From a plasmid, in sequence record CP132210.1: a stretch of DNA of 64,000 nucleotides. One strand, given 5' to 3'. A program made the position numbers and the translations under genes. Positions 22,098 to 34,574 of the stretch are shown here, piece after piece. Position 1 is the stretch's first letter. Each line of letters starts with the position of its first letter. Under the pieces are notes generated by a model, which searched no databases, was not told the origin of the DNA, and worked only from the letters and a program-made list of their open reading frames with translations.

Positions 22098-22892
22098 ATG
22101 ACAGTCGCCCTCGACGAAGTATCTGAACTAAAGAATTTGCTTTCACCCTTGTTGGATGAATGCACTTTTGAAGAAGTTGAGTATGGTCAGTCAGATGCTC
22201 GAGTGATTCGAGTTCTATTTCCTGATCGCAATACCGCGTATCTAAAGTACGCCTCCGGATCTTCTGCTCAAGAAATTCTTCAAGAGCATCAGCGCACTAG
22301 ATGGCTCAGAACACGAGCTCTCGTACCGGAAGTGATCTCATATGTCTCGACTTCAACTGTCACCATCCTGTTGACAAAAGCATTGATTGGCCACAATGCC
22401 GCTGACGCCGCAGATGCAGATCCAGTTATTGTTGTTGCAGAGATGGCACGAGCGTTACGCGACCTCCATTCGATCTCGCCTGACGATTGCCCATTCGACG
22501 AAAGGCTCCACCTGCGACTGAAGCTGGCTTCGGGCCGTTTGGAAGCCGGGTTAGTTGATGAGGAGGACTTTGATCACGCAAGGCAAGGCATGCTGGCGCG
22601 GGATGTTTACGAGCAACTTTTTATACAAATGCCTGGAGCGGAGCAGCTGGTAGTCACACATGGCGACGCCTGTCCCGAGAACTTCATCTTCCAAGGTAAT
22701 GCCTTCGTCGGCTTCATAGACTGCGGTCGGGTCGGGCTTGCCGATAAGTATCAAGACCTGGCGCTTGCATCGAGAAACATTGACGCGGTATTTGGACCAG
22801 AACTCACTAACCAGTTCTTCATCGAGTATGGAGAGCCAAATCCGAACATAGCTAAGATTGAGTACTACCGGATCTTGGATGAGTTCTTCTAA
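22098..22892 (+). CDS. aphA15: aminoglycoside 3'-phosphotransferase, aphA15-like, 264 aa
   Basis: MTVALDEVSELKNLLSPLLDECTFEEVEYGQSDARVIRVLFPDRNTAYLKYASG... APH(3') motifs HGDACPENFIF and D..R. Its 59-be ends GTTAAAC. Confidence 0.75.
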   Translation: MTVALDEVSELKNLLSPLLDECTFEEVEYGQSDARVIRVLFPDRNTAYLKYASGSSAQEILQEHQRTRWLRTRALVPEVISYVSTSTVTILLTKALIGHNAADAADADPVIVVAEMARALRDLHSISPDDCPFDERLHLRLKLASGRLEAGLVDEEDFDHARQGMLARDVYEQLFIQMPGAEQLVVTHGDACPENFIFQGNAFVGFIDCGRVGLADKYQDLALASRNIDAVFGPELTNQFFIEYGEPNPNIAKIEYYRILDEFF

Positions 22893-23008
22893 GCGCGGTC
22901 TAACAATTCGTTCAAGCCGAGATCGCTTCGCGGCCGCGGAGTTGTTCTGTAAATTGTCACAACGCCGCGGCCGCAAAGCGCTCCGGCTTAACTCAGGCGT
23001 TAAACATC

Positions 23009-23800
23009 ATGAGGGAAGCGGTGATCGCCGAAGTATCGACTCAACTATCAGAGGTAGTTGGCGTCATCGAGCGCCATCTCGAACCGACGTTGCTGGCCGT
23101 ACATTTGTACGGCTCCGCAGTGGATGGCGGCCTGAAGCCACACAGTGATATTGATTTGCTGGTTACGGTGACCGTAAGGCTTGATGAAACAACGCGGCGA
23201 GCTTTGATCAACGACCTTTTGGAAACTTCGGCTTCCCCTGGAGAGAGCGAGATTCTCCGCGCTGTAGAAGTCACCATTGTTGTGCACGACGACATCATTC
23301 CGTGGCGTTATCCAGCTAAGCGCGAACTGCAATTTGGAGAATGGCAGCGCAATGACATTCTTGCAGGTATCTTCGAGCCAGCCACGATCGACATTGATCT
23401 GGCTATCTTGCTGACAAAAGCAAGAGAACATAGCGTTGCCTTGGTAGGTCCAGCGGCGGAGGAACTCTTTGATCCGGTTCCTGAACAGGATCTATTTGAG
23501 GCGCTAAATGAAACCTTAACGCTATGGAACTCGCCGCCCGACTGGGCTGGCGATGAGCGAAATGTAGTGCTTACGTTGTCCCGCATTTGGTACAGCGCAG
23601 TAACCGGCAGAATCGCGCCGAAGGATGTCGCTGCCGACTGGGCAATGGAGCGCCTGCCGGCCCAGTATCAGCCCGTCATACTTGAAGCTAGACAGGCTTA
23701 TCTTGGACAAGAAGAAGATCGCTTGGCCTCGCGCGCAGATCAGTTGGAAGAATTTGTTCACTACGTGAAAGGCGAGATCACCAAGGTAGTCGGCAAATAA
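23009..23800 (+). CDS. aadA1: aminoglycoside 3''-adenylyltransferase AadA1, 263 aa
   Basis: MREAVIAEVSTQLSEVVGVIERHLEPTLLAVHLYGSAVDGGLKPHSDIDLLVTV... Confidence 0.9.
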   Translation: MREAVIAEVSTQLSEVVGVIERHLEPTLLAVHLYGSAVDGGLKPHSDIDLLVTVTVRLDETTRRALINDLLETSASPGESEILRAVEVTIVVHDDIIPWRYPAKRELQFGEWQRNDILAGIFEPATIDIDLAILLTKAREHSVALVGPAAEELFDPVPEQDLFEALNETLTLWNSPPDWAGDERNVVLTLSRIWYSAVTGRIAPKDVAADWAMERLPAQYQPVILEARQAYLGQEEDRLASRADQLEEFVHYVKGEITKVVGK

Positions 23801-23852
23801 TACATGTTAGGCGACGCGTGGAGTCGCTCTAGAATTTTCGGGTACAAATTTT

Positions 23853-24485
23853 ATGACGAATTATTTTGAGAGTCCCTTCAAAGGGAAGCTTCTGACTGAG
23901 CAGGTGAAGAATCCGAACATCAAGGTAGGGCGGTATAGCTACTATTCCGGCTATTACCATGGGCACTCGTTTGATGATTGTGCTCGCTACCTTCTACCAG
24001 ACCGTGATGACGTTGATCAGCTGATTATCGGCAGCTTCTGCTCCATCGGATCAGGCGCAGCTTTTATTATGGCTGGGAATCAAGGCCACCGATATGATTG
24101 GGTCTCTTCTTTCCCTTTCTTCTACATGAACGAGGAGCCCGCGTTTGCAAAATCAGTCGATGCATTCCAGCGGGCTGGCGACACAGTTATAGGAAGTGAT
24201 GTGTGGATCGGTTCGGAGGCCATGATCATGCCCGGGATCAAGATCGGGCATGGAGCGGTGATAGGTAGCCGCGCTTTGGTTGCCAAAGACGTGGAACCCT
24301 ACACCATAGTGGGGGGAAACCCTGCAAAGTCGATTAGGAAGCGCTTTTCTGAAGAAGAAATTTCTATGCTTTTAGATATGGCTTGGTGGGATTGGCCGCT
24401 GGAACAAATCAAGGAAGCAATGCCTTTTCTTTGTTCGTCTGGCATTGCCAGCCTGTATCGTCGCTGGCAAGGCACAAGCGCCTAA
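23853..24485 (+). CDS. catB2: xenobiotic (chloramphenicol) acetyltransferase, CatB2-like, 210 aa
   Basis: [47 protein letters not shown]... Hexapeptide-repeat acetyltransferase. Confidence 0.8.
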   Translation: MTNYFESPFKGKLLTEQVKNPNIKVGRYSYYSGYYHGHSFDDCARYLLPDRDDVDQLIIGSFCSIGSGAAFIMAGNQGHRYDWVSSFPFFYMNEEPAFAKSVDAFQRAGDTVIGSDVWIGSEAMIMPGIKIGHGAVIGSRALVAKDVEPYTIVGGNPAKSIRKRFSEEEISMLLDMAWWDWPLEQIKEAMPFLCSSGIASLYRRWQGTSA

Positions 24486-24653
24486 CAATACGCTACACAC
24501 GGACAAATTACTCGCTGCGCTCCTAATTTGCCGGTGAGCGTGGCGTTAGATGCACTAAGCACATAATTGCTCACAGCCAAACTATCAGGTCAAGTCTGCT
24601 TTTATTATTTTTAAGCGTGCATAATAAGCCCTACACAAATTGGGAGATATATC

Positions 24654-25001
24654 ATGAAAGGCTGGCTTTTTCTTGTTATCGCAATAGTTGGCGAAGTAAT
24701 CGCAACATCCGCATTAAAATCTAGCGAGGGCTTTACTAAGCTTGCCCCTTCCGCCGTTGTCATAATCGGTTATGGCATCGCATTTTATTTTCTTTCTCTG
24801 GTTCTGAAATCCATCCCTGTCGGTGTTGCTTATGCAGTCTGGTCGGGACTCGGCGTCGTCATAATTACAGCCATTGCCTGGTTGCTTCATGGGCAAAAGC
24901 TTGATGCGTGGGGCTTTGTAGGTATGGGGCTCATAATTGCTGCCTTTTTGCTCGCCCGATCCCCATCGTGGAAGTCGCTGCGGAGGCCGACGCCATGGTG
25001 A
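24654..25001 (+). CDS. qacEdelta1: QacEdelta1 SMR efflux protein (3'-CS)
   Basis: [115 protein letters not shown]. Confidence 0.9.
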   Translation: MKGWLFLVIAIVGEVIATSALKSSEGFTKLAPSAVVIIGYGIAFYFLSLVLKSIPVGVAYAVWSGLGVVIITAIAWLLHGQKLDAWGFVGMGLIIAAFLLARSPSWKSLRRPTPW

Positions 25002-25834
25002 CGGTGTTCGGCATTCTGAATCTCACCGAGGACTCCTTCTTCGATGAGAGCCGGCGGCTAGACCCCGCCGGCGCTGTCACCGCGGCGATCGAAATGCTGC
25101 GAGTCGGATCAGACGTCGTGGATGTCGGACCGGCCGCCAGCCATCCGGACGCGAGGCCTGTATCGCCGGCCGATGAGATCAGACGTATTGCGCCGCTCTT
25201 AGACGCCCTGTCCGATCAGATGCACCGTGTTTCAATCGACAGCTTCCAACCGGAAACCCAGCGCTATGCGCTCAAGCGCGGCGTGGGCTACCTGAACGAT
25301 ATCCAAGGATTTCCTGACCCTGCGCTCTATCCCGATATTGCTGAGGCGGACTGCAGGCTGGTGGTTATGCACTCAGCGCAGCGGGATGGCATCGCCACCC
25401 GCACCGGTCACCTTCGACCCGAAGACGCGCTCGACGAGATTGTGCGGTTCTTCGAGGCGCGGGTTTCCGCCTTGCGACGGAGCGGGGTCGCTGCCGACCG
25501 GCTCATCCTCGATCCGGGGATGGGATTTTTCTTGAGCCCCGCACCGGAAACATCGCTGCACGTGCTGTCGAACCTTCAAAAGCTGAAGTCGGCGTTGGGG
25601 CTTCCGCTATTGGTCTCGGTGTCGCGGAAATCCTTCTTGGGCGCCACCGTTGGCCTTCCTGTAAAGGATCTGGGTCCAGCGAGCCTTGCGGCGGAACTTC
25701 ACGCGATCGGCAATGGCGCTGACTACGTCCGCACCCACGCGCCTGGAGATCTGCGAAGCGCAATCACCTTCTCGGAAACCCTCGCGAAATTTCGCAGTCG
25801 CGACGCCAGAGACCGAGGGTTAGATCATGCCTAG
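24995..25834 (+). CDS. sul1: sulfonamide-resistant dihydropteroate synthase Sul1, 279 aa
   Basis: [57 protein letters not shown]... Confidence 0.9.
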   Translation: MVTVFGILNLTEDSFFDESRRLDPAGAVTAAIEMLRVGSDVVDVGPAASHPDARPVSPADEIRRIAPLLDALSDQMHRVSIDSFQPETQRYALKRGVGYLNDIQGFPDPALYPDIAEADCRLVVMHSAQRDGIATRTGHLRPEDALDEIVRFFEARVSALRRSGVAADRLILDPGMGFFLSPAPETSLHVLSNLQKLKSALGLPLLVSVSRKSFLGATVGLPVKDLGPASLAAELHAIGNGADYVRTHAPGDLRSAITFSETLAKFRSRDARDRGLDHA

Positions 25835-25961
25835 CATTCACCTTCCGGCCGCCCGCTAGCGGACCCTGGTCAGGTTCCGCGAAGGTGGGCGCAGACATGC
25901 TGGGCTCGTCAGGATCAAACTGCACTATGAGGCGGCGGTTCATACCGCGCCAGGGGAGCGA

Positions 25962-26462
25962 ATGGACAGCGAGGAGCCTCCGAACGTTCGGGTCGCCTGC
26001 TCGGGTGATATCGACGAGGTTGTGCGGCTGATGCACGACGCTGCGGCGTGGATGTCCGCCAAGGGAACGCCCGCCTGGGACGTCGCGCGGATCGACCGGA
26101 CATTCGCGGAGACCTTCGTCCTGAGATCCGAGCTCCTAGTCGCGAGTTGCAGCGACGGCATCGTCGGCTGTTGCACCTTGTCGGCCGAGGATCCCGAGTT
26201 CTGGCCCGACGCCCTCAAGGGGGAGGCCGCATATCTGCACAAGCTCGCGGTGCGACGGACACATGCGGGCCGGGGTGTCAGCTCCGCGCTGATCGAGGCT
26301 TGCCGCCATGCCGCGCGAACGCAGGGGTGCGCCAAGCTGCGGCTCGACTGCCACCCGAACCTGCGTGGCCTATACGAGCGGCTCGGATTCACCCACGTCG
26401 ACACTTTCAATCCCGGCTGGGATCCAACCTTCATCGCAGAACGCCTAGAACTCGAAATCTAA
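25962..26462 (+). CDS. orf5: orf5, GNAT-family acetyltransferase of the 3'-CS
   Basis: MDSEEPPNVRVACSGDIDEVVRLMHDAAAWMSAKGTPAWD... Confidence 0.8.
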   Translation: MDSEEPPNVRVACSGDIDEVVRLMHDAAAWMSAKGTPAWDVARIDRTFAETFVLRSELLVASCSDGIVGCCTLSAEDPEFWPDALKGEAAYLHKLAVRRTHAGRGVSSALIEACRHAARTQGCAKLRLDCHPNLRGLYERLGFTHVDTFNPGWDPTFIAERLELEI

Positions 26463-26518
26463 CGTCCGTTCGGGCATCGAGGTCCATGTCGGGGTGGGAC
26501 GGGCCCGTGGCTTCAAGA

Positions 26519-27427
26519 TCACTTGCAGTCCGACCGCGATGTCTTGGTTGCGCGAGAGGTTGTCGATATGCTGAGTGTGCGATGGTTGATCGCTTCCTCG
26601 CCGCTCTCCACGGCGACGATGGCCGCCGCCATCAGCAAGTGCGCCAGTTCCCCTATGGTGCCCTCGCTGCGTGTGAGCAGGTAGCGAGCCATGTCCAGCG
26701 TGGCAATTGGGGAAGGCCGGCGCAGCGGGAGCGAAGCGGCGAAGCTGGCCAGCAGTGAGCAGCAATCGTCGTTGGCCTCCCATACCGGCAGCATCATCGG
26801 CTCGAAGCGATTTTCCAACTGGTCATCGGAGCGGATGGCTAGGTAGGCGTCGCGCGTGCCTACCCCAACCAACGGGATGCGCAGTTCGTTGCCGAGGAAG
26901 CGCAGCAGGTTGAGGAATTCCCGGCGGTTGACGCTGTTGCCGGCCAGCACGTTGTGCAGCTCGTCGATCACCAGCATGCGCACGCCGACCTTGCGCAGCA
27001 GTGCCAGAGCCAGTTGCTCCATTTCCGGCAACCGTGGGCGTGGGCGCAGCGGCGCGCCCATCGCGGCGAGCAGCGCGACGTAGAAGCGGATCACGGACGG
27101 CTCGGACGGCATCTGCACGACCAACACCGGGATGTGCTCCTGGTCGGCGTCGGAGCTGGCCGGGTGGGTGCGGCGGAACTTCTCGACGATCATCGACTTG
27201 CCATTGTTGGTCGGGCCAACCAGCAGCAGGTTGGGCATGCGTTGCTTGTTTGGCCACGCATAAAGGGCTTCCAGCCGGTTCAGCGCCTCGACTGCGCGCG
27301 GATAGCCGATCCAGCGGTCGGCGCGAAGGCGCTGGATGCGCTCGTCCGCCGGAAGACGGGCCAAGCCCTGGGCCGCCGGCAGCAGGTGGGACAGGTCGAT
27401 GATGGGATATTCGTCCACGGCTACCAC
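26519..27427 (-). pseudogene. tniB: tniB (Tn402 ATP-binding transposition protein). Its C-terminus diverges after ...EEAINHRTLS, as in the truncated tniB allele.
   Basis: Walker A LLLVGPTNNGKSMIV. The tail ISTTSRATKTSRSDCK is not TniB-like. Confidence 0.7.
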
Positions 27428-29100
27428 TCCTCAATCTGGTCGAACGGTTTGGCGGGTGGCAAGTTGTCTGCCTGCGGGTCGGCAATATCCGTATCCGGCG
27501 GAACGGGCTTGTCCGGCCGAGCTGATGTCTTGAGGTGCTGGCGGCGATCCGCGTCACGCCGCGCCTTGCGTGTGGCCTTCTGCGCGCTGGTCACAATCTC
27601 ACGCATCTGGCCGATCATGCGGAACAGCGCCGACTCATCCACCTGTTCGCGCCCTTGCTGCCGCAGTTTCGCCAGCGCCTGCCGTTGTTCCCAGAGGGTG
27701 ACAGCCGGATGCGACAAGGTACGGTAGGGAATTTCCAGGTAATGCTGTCCCTCCGGTTCCAGGACCCAGATACGGCTGATGTCGCGCGGATCGCGCCGGA
27801 TCAGAAAGGACGGCCAGCGTTCACGCCGCGCAATCCACGGCTTGAGCGCATCGGCGTAGTAGTGGATGTGGTCGATGACAAAGCCGGTGCGGGTCAGCGT
27901 GCGCCGGAGGATCGGCAGAAAATCGACCAGGAACGAAGTAGCGCGTGTGACGACGGCCGGTACGCCGACACGCGCCACGGCCTCGGCCCAGCGCGCGGCC
28001 GGCGGTTGGAGCAGGCCGTTGTGCACCGAACCGTGGTAGGTGCCGACCGCCAATGTGAGCCAGCGCTCTAGCTCGCGCAGCGTCAGGGCGGCCTTGTTTT
28101 CGGAATCGTAGTCGCCGCGCTGGTCAGGGTTGGAGAAGGTCGTTCCCGGCAGTTCGTCGTGAATCATCTGCATCGCCGTGCCGATGATCCGTTCCACGAT
28201 GCCGCCATAGTGCGGCTGTCCCAGCGGGCGATAGTCCAGCCGGATGCCATGCTGCTCGCAACCCCGGCGCAGGGCCTCGCTCTTGAACTCGGCCGCGTTG
28301 TCTAGGTAGAGCAGCAAGGGCTTGCCGCTCATCTGCCAATCCATTTCCACGTTCAGTCCTTCCAGCCAAGGGCGCTTGTCGCAGGCGACATGCACGAGGC
28401 ACAGGCCAACCGAAACGGCAGACGGCGCTTCCAGCGTGACGACCATGCCGAGCACGCAGCGGGTGAACACGTCGATGGCGAGGGTCAGGTACGGGCGGCC
28501 AATAGGTTGTCGGTCGCGGTCATCGACCACGATCAGGTCGATGACCGTATGGTCTATCTGCACCTGCTCCAGCGGCGCGGTCACGGCAGGAGGCTCGCCG
28601 CCCACACCTTGTAGGTCACGAGCGGCATCCTGGCCTTCCCGCCGGCGGATGACCTTGCGCGGGTCAAGGCTAGCGATCCGTAAGGCCACGGTATTGCGCG
28701 CCGGCACTCGCAGTTTTTGAGCCTTGCACACCTGAGTGACTTCGCGGTGAAAGGCCGCTAGGCTGCGCTTCTGCTTGGTCAGGAACCGCTTTTGCAGTAG
28801 CTCGTGGATGACGCGCTCGACCGGTTCCGGCAAGCGCCCCTTACCTTTACCTCCACCGGACTGGCCGGGCACCAGATCCGTCACGAGGCCGCTGCCTTGC
28901 CGGGCACGCCGGATCAGAACGTATACCTGGCGCCGAGACAAGCCCAGCGCCTGAGCCGCCATATCGGCCGCTTCGTGCCCGACCGTCTCCGACTGCGCCA
29001 ACGGACTGATGATCTCCGCACGACGGCGCGCACGCTCCCAAGCCTCATCAGGCAGAGTGGCCACGCCTTGTTCTGGAATCCGTGGGGTGTCCGTCGCCAT
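27421..29100 (-). CDS. tniA: TniA transposase of Tn402 (DDE, Mu-like), 559 aa
   Basis: MATDTPRIPEQGVATLPDEAWERARRRAEIISPL... The true start is at the M 12 codons into the ORF. Confidence 0.85.
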   Translation of the reverse strand: MATDTPRIPEQGVATLPDEAWERARRRAEIISPLAQSETVGHEAADMAAQALGLSRRQVYVLIRRARQGSGLVTDLVPGQSGGGKGKGRLPEPVERVIHELLQKRFLTKQKRSLAAFHREVTQVCKAQKLRVPARNTVALRIASLDPRKVIRRREGQDAARDLQGVGGEPPAVTAPLEQVQIDHTVIDLIVVDDRDRQPIGRPYLTLAIDVFTRCVLGMVVTLEAPSAVSVGLCLVHVACDKRPWLEGLNVEMDWQMSGKPLLLYLDNAAEFKSEALRRGCEQHGIRLDYRPLGQPHYGGIVERIIGTAMQMIHDELPGTTFSNPDQRGDYDSENKAALTLRELERWLTLAVGTYHGSVHNGLLQPPAARWAEAVARVGVPAVVTRATSFLVDFLPILRRTLTRTGFVIDHIHYYADALKPWIARRERWPSFLIRRDPRDISRIWVLEPEGQHYLEIPYRTLSHPAVTLWEQRQALAKLRQQGREQVDESALFRMIGQMREIVTSAQKATRKARRDADRRQHLKTSARPDKPVPPDTDIADPQADNLPPAKPFDQIEEW

Positions 29101-29145
29101 GCTCACCTCGCTTTGGTGCACACGAGTATTGAGCATAGTCGAGAT

Positions 29146-29965
29146 GGCACTGTTGCAAAGTTAGCGATGAGGCAGCCTTTTGTCTTATTCAAAGGCCTTA
29201 CATTTCAAAAACTCTGCTTACCAGGCGCATTTCGCCCAGGGGATCACCATAATAAAATGCTGAGGCCTGGCCTTTGCGTAGTGCACGCATCACCTCAATA
29301 CCTTTGATGGTGGCGTAAGCCGTCTTCATGGATTTAAATCCCAGCGTGGCGCCGATTATCCGTTTCAGTTTGCCATGATCGCATTCAATCACGTTGTTCC
29401 GGTACTTAATCTGTCGGTGTTCAACGTCAGACGGGCACCGGCCTTCGCGTTTGAGCAGAGCAAGCGCGCGACCATAGGCGGGCGCTTTATCCGTGTTGAT
29501 GAATCGCGGGATCTGCCACTTCTTCACGTTGTTGAGGATTTTACCCAGAAACCGGTATGCAGCTTTGCTGTTACGACGGGAGGAGAGATAAAAATCGACA
29601 GTGCGGCCCCGGCTGTCGACGGCCCGGTACAGATACGCCCAGCGGCCATTGACCTTCACGTAGGTTTCATCCATGTGCCACGGGCAAAGATCGGAAGGGT
29701 TACGCCAGTACCAGCGCAGCCGTTTTTCCATTTCAGGCGCATAACGCTGAACCCAGCGGTAAATCGTGGAGTGATCGACATTCACTCCGCGTTCAGCCAG
29801 CATCTCCTGCAGCTCACGGTAACTGATGCCGTATTTGCAGTACCAGCGTACGGCCCACAGAATGATGTCACGCTGAAAATGCCGGCCTTTGAATGGGTTC
29901 ATGTGCAGCTCCATCAGCAAAAGGGGATGATAAGTTTATCACCACCGACTATTTGCAACAGTGCC
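29146..29965 (-). mobile_element. tnp26: IS26 copy 3, 820 bp. tnp26 at about 29198-29902.
   Basis: IRs at 29146-29159 and 29952-29965. It joins the tni end to truncated merD. No TSD. Confidence 0.95.
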
Positions 29966-30222
29966 GCAAGCTGCGCAGACGCACCGTCACCGTCCGCAGC
30001 ATCCAGCGCCCGGCACAGCCGCGCCAGTGCGTCCAGGCCGATACCCGCTTCGAAGGCAGCCCGTACAAAGCGCAGCCGTTGCAACGCGGTGTCATCGAAC
30101 AAGCCGTAGCCGCCCGTGGTGCACGCGACCGGCCGTAGCAATCCGCGCAGCAGGTAGTCGCGCACGATATGCACGCTCACCCCGGCATCAAGGGCCAGCC
30201 GGGACACTGTGTAGGCGCTCAT
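29966..30222 (-). pseudogene. merD: merD, truncated at the C-terminus by IS26
   Basis: [44 protein letters not shown]... MerR-type HTH co-regulator. merE is absent. Confidence 0.8.
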
Positions 30223-30239
30223 TGAACACCTCCTTTTCC

Positions 30240-32375
<2,136 letters not shown>

Positions 32376-32395
32376 CTAGGTTCGGGTTCAGTGGT

Positions 32396-32677
32396 TCACT
32401 GCTTGACGCTGGACGGATAGCCCGCGTCTCCGGTTGCCTTGGTTAGCTTCTGCACGCTGGTCTTGGCATCATCGAACGTGACAACCGCTTCGCGTGTCTC
32501 GAAGGTCACGTCAATTTTGCTGACGCCTTCGACCTTGGAAATCGCCTTCTTGACGGTGATCGGGCAGGCGGAGCAGGTCATGCCCGGTACGGACAGCGTG
32601 ACGGTCTGGGTGGCGGCCCACACGGGGGCAACAACGGCAGCGAGGGCGAGGGCGAGGGCGGCAAACAGTTTTTTCAT
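32396..32677 (-). CDS. merP: MerP periplasmic mercury-binding protein
   Basis: Signal peptide followed by the GMTCSACP heavy-metal motif. Confidence 0.9.
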   Translation of the reverse strand: MKKLFAALALALAAVVAPVWAATQTVTLSVPGMTCSACPITVKKAISKVEGVSKIDVTFETREAVVTFDDAKTSVQKLTKATGDAGYPSSVKQ

Positions 32678-32692
32678 GATGAACTCCTGTGA

Positions 32693-33043
32693 TTAATAGA
32701 AAAATAGCATGACGTAGGGAAATCCGAGCGCGACCAGGACCAGCGCGGCCACGATCCAGAAAATGAGCTTGTAAGTAGCCCGCACTTGGGGAATCGCGCA
32801 CACGTCCCCCGGTTTGCAGGCTTGCGCCGGGCGATAGATGCGCCGCCAGGCAAAGAACAACGCGACCAGCGCTGCGCCGATGAAGATCGGGCGATAGGGT
32901 TCCAGAACCGTCAGGTTGCCGATCCATGCCCCGCTGAATCCCAAGGCGACCAAGACCAGCGGCCCGAGGCAGCAGGCCGATGCAAGAATGGCGGCTAGCG
33001 CGCCGGTGAAGAGCGCGCCGCGCCCGTTTTGTGGTTCAGACAT
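32693..33043 (-). CDS. merT: MerT mercury transporter
   Basis: MSEPQNGRGALFTGALAAILASACCLGPLVLVALGFSGAWIG... Confidence 0.9.
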   Translation of the reverse strand: MSEPQNGRGALFTGALAAILASACCLGPLVLVALGFSGAWIGNLTVLEPYRPIFIGAALVALFFAWRRIYRPAQACKPGDVCAIPQVRATYKLIFWIVAALVLVALGFPYVMLFFY

Positions 33044-33114
33044 ACGCTTGTCCTTTCAAATTTGTATTGGATAGCTTAAGCTTACTTCCGTAGTTATGTA
33101 CGGAGTCAAGCGAT
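33044..33114. promoter_or_regulatory. divergent merR / merTPCAD promoter-operator
   Basis: Dyad TCCGTAGTTATGTACGGA between merT and merR. Confidence 0.6.
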
Positions 33115-33570
33115 ATGGAAAACAATTTTGAGAATCTGACCATTGGCGTTTTCGCCAAGGCGGCCGGGGTCAATGTGGAGACCATACGGTTCTACCAGCG
33201 CAAGGGCCTGCTGCCGGAGCCAGACAAGCCCTACGGCAGCATTCGCCGCTATGGCGAGGCGGATGTAACACGGGTGCGCTTCGTGAAATCGGCCCAGCGG
33301 CTGGGCTTTAGCCTGGACGAAATCGCCGAGCTACTGCGGCTGGAGGATGGCACCCATTGCGAGGAAGCCAGCGGCCTGGCCGAGCACAAGCTCAAGGATG
33401 TGCGCGAGAAGATGGCCGACTTGGCGCGCATGGAGGCCGTGCTGTCTGAACTGGTGTGCGCCTGCCATACGCGGAAAGGGAACGTTTCCTGCCCGCTGAT
33501 TGCGTCACTACAAGACGGAACGAAGCTCGCTGCATCGGCGCGGGGGAGTCACGGGGTGACTACGCCTTAG
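33115..33570 (+). CDS. merR: MerR regulator, 151 aa. The C-terminal tail differs from Tn21/Tn501 MerR, and the stop lies inside the IR.
   Basis: [51 protein letters not shown]... with the Cys triad C..C...C. Confidence 0.85.
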   Translation: MENNFENLTIGVFAKAAGVNVETIRFYQRKGLLPEPDKPYGSIRRYGEADVTRVRFVKSAQRLGFSLDEIAELLRLEDGTHCEEASGLAEHKLKDVREKMADLARMEAVLSELVCACHTRKGNVSCPLIASLQDGTKLAASARGSHGVTTP

Positions 33571-33604
33571 CGTGCTTTATTTTCCGAATTCTGAGACGAC
33601 CCCC
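33567..33604. repeat. 38-bp IR at the mer end, closing the 32-kb transposon
   Basis: CTTAGCGTGCTTTATTTTCCGAATTCTGAGACGACCCCC followed by AATAG. Confidence 0.8.
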
Positions 33605-33609
33605 AATAG

Positions 33610-34171
33610 CCCTCAACAAGAGTTGCTGGTGTTCGGTGATATGGACAGCAATGAGAAGCGCAGCATCTCAACTATCGCGCAGCAAGTTGTTCGGCCAGGA
33701 ACCCAAGACGACGTTCTCAACATGTTTGTACAGGATGTTGCCCAGTGCGTGGGAGCTCAATGGCGCTGTGAGCATGAAGTGTCACTTGGTCTGCGATCCA
33801 AGCATTTCAAAAGCTTGCTCAACGATGGCGTTAAGCAGGTCCCCCCAGACCACGTAGGTGTAGTGCATATTTGGTATGAGACCTGCGAAGGTATAGAGAT
33901 TGAGGAACTCCGTAGAGGTAAGCACATCGAGAATATCTCGGCATATGATGCTTCCCAAACAACCGTGCTGGGTGTTTTCCTACACGCCGTGAATTACTAC
34001 CCATTCGAGGATAACTATGAGTGGGCTGAGACTGTACAAGACTTTGGCTGCGTGCCCGGTTTAATGGGACTCTTCCCTAGACAGGCTTTGATGCTCGCGT
34101 TTGACTCGACGCCGGAGGTCGAAGGCGCCACACACTGGGGGCAGGACAAGGCCGCAAAATACACGCGCTGA
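33610..34171 (+). pseudogene. 3' portion (about 187 codons) of the backbone ORF interrupted by the transposon. It continues 590-1463.
   Basis: In-frame continuation SPQQELLVFGDMDSNEKRSISTIAQQ... Confidence 0.6.
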
Positions 34172-34574
34172 CCGAGACATGGGCAGGGTGAATTGTCGGA
34201 ACTGCTTTCCAACCACCCTGCTCACACATAAAAGTTAGACCATCATGCAGAGTGGGGTATAAAATCCCACTCCAACCCCCGAGGCCCACCTGTTACCCCG
34301 GCACAACCCTGACGAGCGCGTCTCTTCTTTCTCTCTCTTTTTCTCTCTTTCTCAATCTAATCTCCCGCGAGCGCGGGCCTAGCACAGAGGTTGAGCTCGA
34401 TCGGGGTAAGGCTCACCGGGTCAAAGATTGTCACGATAAAACATCGGGCTCGCCCTCCCCCGACGCCGCGCAGCGGCGGCGATGGGGTCTCCTACCCCTC
34501 GTTGCATGATGGTCTAATACTGTCTACGATGTAACCAATGATCCGTTGGAACAAACCCACACACAGGCGGCCAC

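Noticed and set aside
34310-34370. CT-rich tract considered as a microsatellite or CRISPR leader
   Set aside because: It is a single low-complexity polypyrimidine run without unit periodicity. It is kept only as context in the Tus-like-region finding.
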